Of a DNA stretch of 45,398 nucleotides, positions 15,794 through 23,521 are shown one piece after another. The stretch lies in IMG/VR virus record IMGVR_UViG_3300020045_001946, positions 1 through 45,398 of that record; one strand, 5' to 3'. This DNA is from a virus (taxonomy: Duplodnaviria > Caudoviricetes). Under the pieces are notes generated by a model that saw only the letters and a program-made list of their open reading frames with translations, did not search any database and had not been told where the DNA came from. Each line of letters opens with the position of its first letter. The stretch's first letter is position 1. Both the position numbers and the translations under genes were made by a program.

Positions 15794-16028
15794 TACAAGT
15801 TGTAAGCACAACTACATACTAGATGTACCACATTACTTCTCTAAAGAAGATGACTCTATATACTTCCATTATACCGAAGCTATGACTCTCGAAAGACCTG
15901 AGGTGTTCGTACATCTAAAGTGTGAATATAACTGTGGAGATGAACAACATACCTATATGGATGTAGAAGAACTCCAACAGGTATTAGACGGTAGACCAAT
16001 TATACAAAGTAAGTTAAAATTAATTTAA
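15780..16028 (+). CDS. Hypothetical protein
   Basis: ORF in operon. Confidence 0.65.
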   Translation: MNQSSTSCKHNYILDVPHYFSKEDDSIYFHYTEAMTLERPEVFVHLKCEYNCGDEQHTYMDVEELQQVLDGRPIIQSKLKLI

Positions 16029-16029
16029 A

Positions 16030-16284
16030 ATGAAAGCAAAAACAAAGTTACCAAAGAGTGAAGTTATTATTACAGATGCTATTAACCAAGTTGTGTTCAA
16101 AGCATTTGTAGAAGGAAAGGAAGCTAGTGCAGTTACTGTTTATCTAAATGTAACAGAAGGTACACTTGCATTTAATACAGCAGTATTCCATGAAGCTATG
16201 AAAAAAATGACACCAAAGGTAATGCAACAACTTGGTCAAGCATTGGTAGATATTTCAAATGCTACATCTAAGTATCTAAAGTAA
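16030..16284 (+). CDS. Hypothetical protein
   Basis: ORF in operon, TAATG overlap. Confidence 0.7.
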   Translation: MKAKTKLPKSEVIITDAINQVVFKAFVEGKEASAVTVYLNVTEGTLAFNTAVFHEAMKKMTPKVMQQLGQALVDISNATSKYLK

Positions 16285-17171
16285 TGTCAGAGATAAAAAC
16301 TTACAAACACACCATAGACGGAGTAGAACACATCCTGGTATTCAATCCAGACGGAAGACCACGATACACACTCGATGGTAAGCAAGTAACAGGAGTAACG
16401 ACCCTCCTAGGGATGATTGCTAAACCAGAATTAATGCCATGGGCAGTAAGGTTATGTGTACAAGACGCGTTCTTACAAGGGAGTAACTCAGAGCTACGTG
16501 AAGAGCTTAAGAAATATCCTAAGCTTACAGGTGCTCAAGCTAAATCTATAGCAGAAAAATTCCCAGAGTTCAAACAAGCTATTAACGCACATAACTCTAA
16601 GAGTGATACAGCTAAAGACATAGGAACTCTAGCTCATGCTGATGTAGAAGCTTACGTAAGATGGAAGATGGGAGAGCTTAGTTCATTCACAATCAATCCA
16701 GAAACCAAACACATTGTACAACCGTTCATTGACTGGGCTGAAGGTAGAGTATCAGTAACACCACCAGACCAACGTACTAAGTACAATCGTAATGTGGTTG
16801 AGATAGCTCCTAAGGTATGTAAATTCCTTAAAGCAGAGCAGGTTGTGTTCTCAATCAAGAACTTTTATGCAGGTACGTTTGATATACTAATGGAGATTAA
16901 TGGAAAGACTTACATCGCAGACTTCAAGACATCTTCTGGAATCTACGGTAGAGAATACTTCTACCAGACTGCTGCCTACAGAGCAGCATGTGAAGAACTA
17001 GGATGGGGTAATGATATTGTTGGTTCGGTTATTATACGTTCTGGAAAGGATGGTAATGACCTAGAGGTTAAAGTATCAGAAGCTTACAAAGAAGATTTTA
17101 ATTGCTTCAAAGCAGCAATGATACTTTATAAAGATGGATTTACTAATGTGGAGTTGGATGAAGTAAAGTAA
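16284..17171 (+). CDS. PD-(D/E)XK exonuclease (Cas4/RecB-like)
   Basis: VTGVTTLLG, GTLAH, YAGTFD, IADFKTS, QTAAY. Confidence 0.88.
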   Translation: MSEIKTYKHTIDGVEHILVFNPDGRPRYTLDGKQVTGVTTLLGMIAKPELMPWAVRLCVQDAFLQGSNSELREELKKYPKLTGAQAKSIAEKFPEFKQAINAHNSKSDTAKDIGTLAHADVEAYVRWKMGELSSFTINPETKHIVQPFIDWAEGRVSVTPPDQRTKYNRNVVEIAPKVCKFLKAEQVVFSIKNFYAGTFDILMEINGKTYIADFKTSSGIYGREYFYQTAAYRAACEELGWGNDIVGSVIIRSGKDGNDLEVKVSEAYKEDFNCFKAAMILYKDGFTNVELDEVK

Positions 17172-17210
17172 ATCACGGCAGAGTAATCGTAAGTCCGTAA
17201 TAAACAAACA

Positions 17211-17317
17211 GTGGTGTGCAGTTGGGGGATTCAAAAAGCTTCCTGTCTAGTAAATGAGTAGCTCTCATAACTAGCATAAGGTTGATGTAATAGCTGGCTT
17301 CCCCACATGCACATCAC
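17211..17317 (+). ncRNA. Rod-like structured RNA upstream of the SSB-like gene
   Basis: GTGGTGTGCA/TGCACATCAC, GGGGGA/TTCCCC, CTAGT..ATGAG/CTCAT..ACTAG. Confidence 0.65.
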
Positions 17318-17328
17318 GCAATAAAATC

Positions 17329-17745
17329 ATGATAAAAAAACTAACAATAGAAGCAATTTCAATCAAACCAAACAAGAAAGACGGAACACCGTATACTTAT
17401 GCTGAAAAGGATAAGAAGACTAAGGTAGCAACTGGTAAAATACTACCACGAACAATGGTATCGCTAAAGAGTGGAGAAGACTGGTACATGGGGTGGAGTT
17501 ACAAAGCTAACTCAGCAGCAGAATCATTACAAGTAGGACAGACTATCGACGTTGTCATAGAGGAAACTCCAGACAAACTTGACCCAAATAAGATTTGGAA
17601 GTCATGGAAACTACCTAAGCAAGAGGACATTGACAAGCAAAAGATTGCAGACCTAGAAGCACAAATCGCTAAGATGAATGCTCCTACAGTTCCTACTCAA
17701 GCTCCAGTAGATAATCCACAAGACGTTAGTAAAGTTCCTTTCTAA
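17329..17745 (+). CDS. Putative single-stranded DNA-binding protein
   Basis: OB-like beta pattern, flexible tail ending DVSKVPF, next to the exonuclease. Confidence 0.6.
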   Translation: MIKKLTIEAISIKPNKKDGTPYTYAEKDKKTKVATGKILPRTMVSLKSGEDWYMGWSYKANSAAESLQVGQTIDVVIEETPDKLDPNKIWKSWKLPKQEDIDKQKIADLEAQIAKMNAPTVPTQAPVDNPQDVSKVPF

Positions 17746-17797
17746 TAAACAAGTTAATGTAATCATTAATGCGTTAGTAATTAATTTAAAATAATAT

Positions 17798-18076
17798 ATG
17801 TTAAAATTTCTAAAGAATCTTAAATCAGACATTGAAAACCTAAAGGATGAAGTTTACAAGAATGGCGACCAAGAATACTTCGTTCCAGCATTGATTACTA
17901 GAGTAGAATCAATTGAAAACTCACTCAAAGCAATCAAGGATTACCTAGATATTACAGCAGACTGGACAGACTACGAACCAGAAGTTAAATCAAAGATGTT
18001 CTATCGTAAGGCTACAAAGAAGGATAAGCAACCAAAGAAAGGTAGTTGGTTAGACATTAATTTAAAAGATTTCTAA
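17798..18076 (+). CDS. Hypothetical protein
   Basis: 92-aa ORF. Confidence 0.7.
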   Translation: MLKFLKNLKSDIENLKDEVYKNGDQEYFVPALITRVESIENSLKAIKDYLDITADWTDYEPEVKSKMFYRKATKKDKQPKKGSWLDINLKDF

Positions 18077-18082
18077 TATCGC

Positions 18083-18111
18083 TTGCGTGGGGGTATTACA
18101 AGTGCTATAAT
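18083..18111 (+). promoter_or_regulatory. Sigma70-type promoter
   Basis: TTGCGT-17-TATAAT. Confidence 0.65.
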
Positions 18112-18117
18112 TATCAA

Positions 18118-18202
18118 ACCTAATACCAACCAAATCAATTAGGAATTGAAAATGACTCAAACTAGTTTTCAAAACTCCAAATTCTGATTCGGCGTATTAG
18201 GG
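18118..18202 (+). ncRNA. Interrupted hairpin starting at the predicted TSS (leader or sRNA)
   Basis: CCTAATAC/GTATTAGG, AATCA/TGATT, GGA/TCC, TTGAAAA/TTTTCAA. Confidence 0.55.
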
Positions 18203-18240
18203 TAAAACAACAAGACGATAGTCGCGTTAGTAATTACAAT

Positions 18241-18549
18241 ATGGACAACGAACTACAACCAGTAGAAACATTCCCTGAGATAACACAGGAAATCAAAGAC
18301 TTGACAAATCCACAAGATGTGGTATTGACTAGTGAACAAATAAAAGAGATGATGTATTTATTAATGATAGCAGGAGGGAACTGCAAGCAATACGCGATAG
18401 ACAATAACATATCACCAGAGGTGTTTTTGCTAAAGCTAGAATTAATGATTGCTGAATGTTTCAAATCACCTGATTACATTAATAGTATAAAGAATCTATT
18501 GAGCAGTAACATGCTGTTAATCGGACTATTTGACGAGTTGGGGAAGTAA
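18241..18549 (+). CDS. Hypothetical protein
   Basis: 102-aa ORF between promoter and terminator. Confidence 0.7.
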   Translation: MDNELQPVETFPEITQEIKDLTNPQDVVLTSEQIKEMMYLLMIAGGNCKQYAIDNNISPEVFLLKLELMIAECFKSPDYINSIKNLLSSNMLLIGLFDELGK

Positions 18550-18582
18550 TATCTTTTACATAAGTCAATAGTACTACAAATT

Positions 18583-18610
18583 AACACCTTATAATATAGG
18601 TGTTTTTTTG
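18583..18610 (+). terminator. Intrinsic terminator
   Basis: AACACCT...AGGTGTT followed by a T run. Confidence 0.75.
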
Positions 18611-18758
18611 TTACTTGACATTTAATTTATGTGTGTCTTTTGTTATCCACAAGAAAATACTGTCAATCGCTAGTAGATAATTTATAGCATGATATACCTG
18701 AGGTAGTGGAGGGGACATAAGCAACTTAAAAATAATTTGTGTCCTGTCCACTGGACAT

Positions 18759-18941
18759 ATGAACATTACAGAAATACTAACAATCTGTCACACACCTTTG
18801 AATGGTGATGACAAAATAATAACTTGGCAATATAAAACAGGTAGCAAGCTACTTGAAACAATGCTAAAAAGATTTAGAAAGTGGGAGCAAGAGGGTAAAT
18901 TATCAATAGTTGAAGTAAGAACACCAGCACAATATATATGA
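18759..18941 (+). CDS. Hypothetical early protein
   Basis: 60-aa ORF, ATGA overlap. Confidence 0.6.
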   Translation: MNITEILTICHTPLNGDDKIITWQYKTGSKLLETMLKRFRKWEQEGKLSIVEVRTPAQYI

Positions 18942-19129
18942 AACAATACAAAATACAATCAATACATAACCAAATAATCGCAGAAATGACTCTAAGACGC
19001 ATGAGAAACGATAATCAATACAAGTATACCAAGTATACATACTATATAGTCTTAGCGTTGGTCGTAGGAGCGTTTATGTTACTACTATCACACAATGATA
19101 CAGCTATTAATAATCTAATCAATAAATAA
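18938..19129 (+). CDS. Small membrane protein
   Basis: One TM segment. Confidence 0.6.
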   Translation: MKQYKIQSIHNQIIAEMTLRRMRNDNQYKYTKYTYYIVLALVVGAFMLLLSHNDTAINNLINK

Positions 19130-19293
19130 TGTTTAAACTATCAAAAAGCAATCATTTGTATTTTGTTACAACAAAAACAAAAACTAACATCATCTTTAAA
19201 CTTGATATGTTCGGCAACTTTTCAAGCGATAGAGTAAAACCGTTTACAGATAGACAAAAAGCAGTTATTAAAAAGTATATATTAAACAACTAA
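19129..19293 (+). CDS. Small basic hypothetical protein
   Basis: 54 aa, TAATG overlap. Confidence 0.55.
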   Translation: MFKLSKSNHLYFVTTKTKTNIIFKLDMFGNFSSDRVKPFTDRQKAVIKKYILNN

Positions 19294-19294
19294 C

Positions 19295-19630
19295 ATGATA
19301 ATAAAACAAGTAAATTTCTCAGACTTCGTGGATTCTTTCAGTGATACATATACCAATAACTTTACCTATGAGGGTAAAAGAGCATTGTTTGACTATATAG
19401 AGCAACTAAGTGATGACATAGGCGAGAACATCGAGCTAGATACAGTTGCATTATGTTGTGAATATACAGAGTATGCAGACATAGAAGAAATACAAGAAGT
19501 ATATCCAGGGTGTACAGACTTAGAATGGTTACAATACCGTACAATGGTTATAGAGTACAATGAAGAGGTATATGACGTAGATACTCATGGAATGGTTAAT
19601 AAGTCAGGTATAATCATAGCAGATTTTTAA
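19295..19630 (+). CDS. Acidic early protein (possible DNA mimic)
   Basis: FTYEGKRALFDYIEQL...IELDTVALCCEYTEY; very D/E rich. Confidence 0.7.
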   Translation: MIIKQVNFSDFVDSFSDTYTNNFTYEGKRALFDYIEQLSDDIGENIELDTVALCCEYTEYADIEEIQEVYPGCTDLEWLQYRTMVIEYNEEVYDVDTHGMVNKSGIIIADF

Positions 19631-19729
19631 TATAAATCTATGATAGACTTTTTATTACTACTAGTGTTATACGGGATATACTGGTGTATGATAGAACTAC
19701 GATTTATATAAACTAATTTAATTTTAATT

Positions 19730-19951
19730 ATGGATAAAATAACAAAAGACTATTTAACTAAATACGGATATAAAAGTATAGACGAATTAGGAAAATATGA
19801 AAAACAAAGCTTAGATTTATTACATGGTTTTGTACAGTGTGATAGCTTCTGTCAAGCCAAAGAAGAGCCAAAAACGTACAAAGAAGCAATAGCAACACTA
19901 GAGCATTATAAAAACCATAGTTATCTATCAGGGTGTTCACATGGTTGCTAA
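19730..19951 (+). CDS. Hypothetical protein
   Basis: 73 aa with Cys/His-rich ends. Confidence 0.6.
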   Translation: MDKITKDYLTKYGYKSIDELGKYEKQSLDLLHGFVQCDSFCQAKEEPKTYKEAIATLEHYKNHSYLSGCSHGC

Positions 19952-19960
19952 GTTTACTAC

Positions 19961-19988
19961 AAGCCACGTCAAAACGTGGTTTTGTTTT
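19961..19988 (+). terminator. Intrinsic terminator
   Basis: GCCACGT-CAAA-ACGTGGT followed by TTTGTTTT. Confidence 0.8.
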
Positions 19989-20000
19989 AACTAAGACCAC

Positions 20001-20029
20001 TTGACAGATTTGATTGTTAGTGGTATAGT
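20001..20029 (+). promoter_or_regulatory. Promoter of terS
   Basis: TTGACA-17-TATAGT, ATG 9 nt downstream. Confidence 0.75.
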
Positions 20030-20038
20030 ATAGGAAAT

Positions 20039-20443
20039 ATGCAGTGGAAAAGATATCGGGCGAGGAAAAAGATTGTCAGATATGTGGTTTATCGTCTTAA
20101 AGGTGATAGCAAGTACACAGCACTAATCAAAGCAGGATACAGTATGCAAACAGCAAAAACACCATCATTGGTTGAACACACAGCAACATATAAGGTAGTA
20201 ATTAACGAGATATTAAACGATAATGCAATAACTATGCAGTTAGTGAACAACAACATGCAAGAACGTGTTGCAAGTGGTGAATTAGACCAATTAGACCTTG
20301 ATACAGTGAGCAAAATACTCCAAAGATTGACTGATAGTCACACTAAACTCACCCCAAAGATAACAATGAAACAAGAAGAAGTGGACAAAGACGGTGTTAA
20401 ACGTACTATCTGGAGCGAGAAACAAGGCAATAGTCAAGCGTAA
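20039..20443 (+). CDS. Putative terminase small subunit
   Basis: ALIKAGYSMQTAKTP HTH-like motif; upstream of terL. Confidence 0.65.
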   Translation: MQWKRYRARKKIVRYVVYRLKGDSKYTALIKAGYSMQTAKTPSLVEHTATYKVVINEILNDNAITMQLVNNNMQERVASGELDQLDLDTVSKILQRLTDSHTKLTPKITMKQEEVDKDGVKRTIWSEKQGNSQA

Positions 20444-20482
20444 TCAAACATAGAGGTAGTATAGTAGTGTATACAACAAAAC

Positions 20483-20507
20483 AACTGTCTTAAATGGCAG
20501 TTTTTTT
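20483..20507 (+). terminator. Intrinsic terminator
   Basis: AACTGTC-TTAAAT-GGCAGTT followed by a T run. Confidence 0.75.
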
Positions 20508-20759
20508 AACGTCGCACATTGTAAAATGTACGTCGTATAACTGGTTTATGCGACATTAACCTATAGTGTGCATAACAACACACTAGTGGTGGATTGTCAA
20601 TGGTTGATTGATTGTTTATTGTTAGAGGTCGAGGGGGGTGTGTACCCTTTCTAATGGGGTGGGGTATGTAACAAGAAAAAAGAACCCTCTACCTCCAGAG
20701 AATAAACATGTAACCCATTAATAGTAAATAGCCCCCCATCAATTCTAAAAAGGGACTCC

Positions 20760-20787
20760 TTGACATACTATTTCTTTATGTTATAAT
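20760..20787 (+). promoter_or_regulatory. Consensus promoter with no downstream ORF (drives putative ncRNA)
   Basis: TTGACA-16-TATAAT with extended TG. Confidence 0.8.
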
Positions 20788-20793
20788 AACCAC

Positions 20794-21115
20794 ATCTATA
20801 CAAGTTGCTATAAGCGAATCAACTATAAAACTTTGGCTTAAATTCGTGTCTTCTGACAATTGCTGGCAACGTCCTACCAACTGACGACCAGCGACCTCCA
20901 GAGGACAGGAGTTGACAAGATAACTTTATTAGTCAGACAAAAATTGGGAAGATGGGATACCCACTGATTTTAATAAAGAACTAAGTATAGTGTCATAGTG
21001 TTTATACATCTTTTCACTGAATCTTAAGAAAACCTTAAAAATTCAGACTTGGGACTAGGAGGGATGTAAAGTTGGTTCATATATCAAACTATTCGATTTT
21101 CCGAATAGTTCATTT
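20794..21115 (+). ncRNA. Putative ~310-nt multi-helix non-coding RNA
   Basis: Helices 20847-20907, 20924-20978, 21005-21068; closing hairpin 21087-21110; G-U wobbles favour the plus strand. Confidence 0.65.
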
Positions 21116-21177
21116 TATTATTATCGCACACACGATATATTCTAACTATTCGATATTTCTTATAGTTCATAATATAC

Positions 21178-21206
21178 TTGACAAGTTCCAAGATATGTGA
21201 TATCAT
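21178..21206 (+). promoter_or_regulatory. Leaderless promoter of the endonuclease VII gene
   Basis: TTGACA-17-TATCAT, ATG 6 nt later. Confidence 0.75.
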
Positions 21207-21212
21207 TTCTAC

Positions 21213-21755
21213 ATGAAAAGAAACCATGGACTTAAAATATGTCAGTCATGTGGAAATGAATTTACTGCTTCACAGCACAATCAGAAGTATTGTGGGTCTC
21301 AGTTAGAAACAGGAACGTGTGCATTTAAAGAAAAGAGAATAATAACTCGAGTATACCAAAAATCTAAACGTGTTCCATTAAAAGCTAACTGCCTTAAATG
21401 TGGCGAGGAGTTCCAACCTTATAATACAAGACAAGTTTTGTGTGGTAGTAGAAAACATAAAACTGGGTGTTCTTACATTGGAGTTAAAAAATATAAAAAA
21501 GATAATAGAAGAAAAGGAACTCTTAGAAAATACAACTTAACAGAAGAACAATATACGGAGATGTCCAAGAAACAAGACAATAAATGTTATATTTGTAAAC
21601 AAAATTCAGTTAAATTTTTATGCGTAGACCATTGTCATACTACTGGTAAAGTTAGAGACCTTTTATGCCATAATTGCAATACTGCAATAGGTCATTTTAA
21701 AGAATCAAAAGAGTTACTATTATCAGCAATTAACTACTTAGAAAAATGGAACTAA
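21213..21755 (+). CDS. Endonuclease VII-family nuclease with two N-terminal Zn-ribbon repeats
   Basis: YNLT..QY..M...QDNKCYIC, LCVDHCHTTGKVRDLLCHNCNTAIG. Confidence 0.92.
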   Translation: MKRNHGLKICQSCGNEFTASQHNQKYCGSQLETGTCAFKEKRIITRVYQKSKRVPLKANCLKCGEEFQPYNTRQVLCGSRKHKTGCSYIGVKKYKKDNRRKGTLRKYNLTEEQYTEMSKKQDNKCYICKQNSVKFLCVDHCHTTGKVRDLLCHNCNTAIGHFKESKELLLSAINYLEKWN

Positions 21756-23470
21756 TAAATAACCTACTAGATAAAGAGATTCTTTTAAATGGACAAAGTG
21801 TAATAGTTAAGAACCTGTCTATTGATTTACAGGTTGATTATTTAATTTCTAACCATTTTGAAACATTTATTTCTGACGAAGCCCAAGAGTGGAGATTGCG
21901 TAATTTATATTTTATAACAGATAAAGATGGAAAGAAAGTTAGATTTCAAATGAACTCTGTACAAGAGGATTTTTACCATAATTATATTAAAAAAGGATAT
22001 AAACGTATTATATTGTTGAAATCTCGACAATTAGGATTTACAACATTTATATCTATATTATACCTAGATAGAACCATATTTAAACCGAACACCGAGTCAT
22101 TACAAATAGCCCATAAGAAGGCAGACATGACTGAGATATTCAATCGTAAAATTGTATACGCTATAAATAACTTACCGAAACCGATAAAAGATATACTTAC
22201 AATTTCTCAAGCAAAAGCTGGTAGACAGCAATTTTCATATCCAGACGGAAGTGTGTCTGGTATATCTGTGAGTCTTTCGGGTCGTGGCACAACTAACCAC
22301 AACCTTCATATTTCAGAACTAGCTAAGATGGTTGTGCTTGGTGGAGGTAAGGCTGAAGAAGTTGTTAAAGGAGCATTTCCTACAGTATCAGTTTCAGGAA
22401 GTTGCATCGTGGAAAGTACTGCTGAGGGTGCGAGTGGAATTTTCTATGATATGTTTATGAGTTCTTGGAAACGTAGAACTGATATAACACCAGTAATGAC
22501 AAAAGCTGAGTTCTACCCAGTATTCTATAGTTGGAGAAGTGATACTGATGAAATAAAAAAAGCTTCGTTTGATGGAATTATTAAAGCTGATGAAATGCAG
22601 GAATGTGAAATAAATTGGTTAGAATATCAACAAGAGAATGAACTTACTGATGAGGAATTAAATTTTTATTATTTAAAATGGATAGGAGCAACTAAAGACG
22701 TTGATACTCTTCATCAAGAGTTCCCAACACACCCAATGGAAGCGTTCCTTAGTTCAGGTTCACCATACTTTAACTCTCGTAAGGCAGCTAACTTCCTAGA
22801 CCGTTGTGATGATAACTACCAACGGTATGATTTCATTAATGGAGAGTTTATTAGAGACGACCGTGGTGATTTATATATTTATGAGGATGTTAAACCTGGT
22901 AAGAACTATGTTATTGGAGGAGACGTTGCAGAGGGTTTATTGAATGGCGACTACTCTGTAGCATGTGTATTAGGGTATGATAAACAAATAAAGGCATTGT
23001 ATCGTGGCCATATAGAACCTGATGACTACAAGACTTTAGTAGAAGCCTTAGGTAAGAGATTTAATATTGCTTTATTAGCTATAGAGTTCAATAAAGACGG
23101 TAACTGGGTTAACACAGCATTAAGGAATGACAACTATCCTAATATGTATGTTCGTACTGTAGTAGACGATATAACAAAAGAAACAACTCGTAGCTACGGA
23201 TGGTTAACAAACAAGAAGAACCGAGATTTCATGTTAGGTGAATCTAAAAAACACTTCAACTCTACAGATATGATTAACTGTAAACCACTCTTGGAAGAAA
23301 TCCTTACATTCGTTAGAGATAAGAAAGGAAAACCACAAGCTGCTGTCGGTTCTCATGACGATATTGTAATTTCTTGGTCAATAGCCCTTGCTGTACTCCA
23401 AGGAAGAGTAGAAAAAACCCAAGAAGTGATAAAAATATCACCTATGAGTGTAATATTTGGAATTAACTAA
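21746..23470 (+). CDS. terL: Terminase large subunit
   Basis: LKSRQLGFTT, LHISE, VESTAEG, GGDVAEG..GDYS, HDDIV. Confidence 0.95.
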   Translation: MELINNLLDKEILLNGQSVIVKNLSIDLQVDYLISNHFETFISDEAQEWRLRNLYFITDKDGKKVRFQMNSVQEDFYHNYIKKGYKRIILLKSRQLGFTTFISILYLDRTIFKPNTESLQIAHKKADMTEIFNRKIVYAINNLPKPIKDILTISQAKAGRQQFSYPDGSVSGISVSLSGRGTTNHNLHISELAKMVVLGGGKAEEVVKGAFPTVSVSGSCIVESTAEGASGIFYDMFMSSWKRRTDITPVMTKAEFYPVFYSWRSDTDEIKKASFDGIIKADEMQECEINWLEYQQENELTDEELNFYYLKWIGATKDVDTLHQEFPTHPMEAFLSSGSPYFNSRKAANFLDRCDDNYQRYDFINGEFIRDDRGDLYIYEDVKPGKNYVIGGDVAEGLLNGDYSVACVLGYDKQIKALYRGHIEPDDYKTLVEALGKRFNIALLAIEFNKDGNWVNTALRNDNYPNMYVRTVVDDITKETTRSYGWLTNKKNRDFMLGESKKHFNSTDMINCKPLLEEILTFVRDKKGKPQAAVGSHDDIVISWSIALAVLQGRVEKTQEVIKISPMSVIFGIN

Positions 23471-23486
23471 AGTTAATACCATAACC

Positions 23487-23515
23487 TTGACAAAAAGTCA
23501 ACTTAATGTTATTAT
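23487..23515 (+). promoter_or_regulatory. Leaderless promoter of the portal gene
   Basis: TTGACA-17-TATTAT, ATG 6 nt later. Confidence 0.7.
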
Positions 23516-23521
23516 TTTTGC

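Noticed and set aside
16284-17171. Cas4-like nuclease as part of a CRISPR or TIGR system
   Set aside because: No repeat-spacer array or Nop-domain gene seen; the context next to an SSB-like gene indicates recombination
17211-17317. SRP (4.5S) RNA
   Set aside because: Similar size, but no GNRA tetraloop or CAGG/AGCA internal loop
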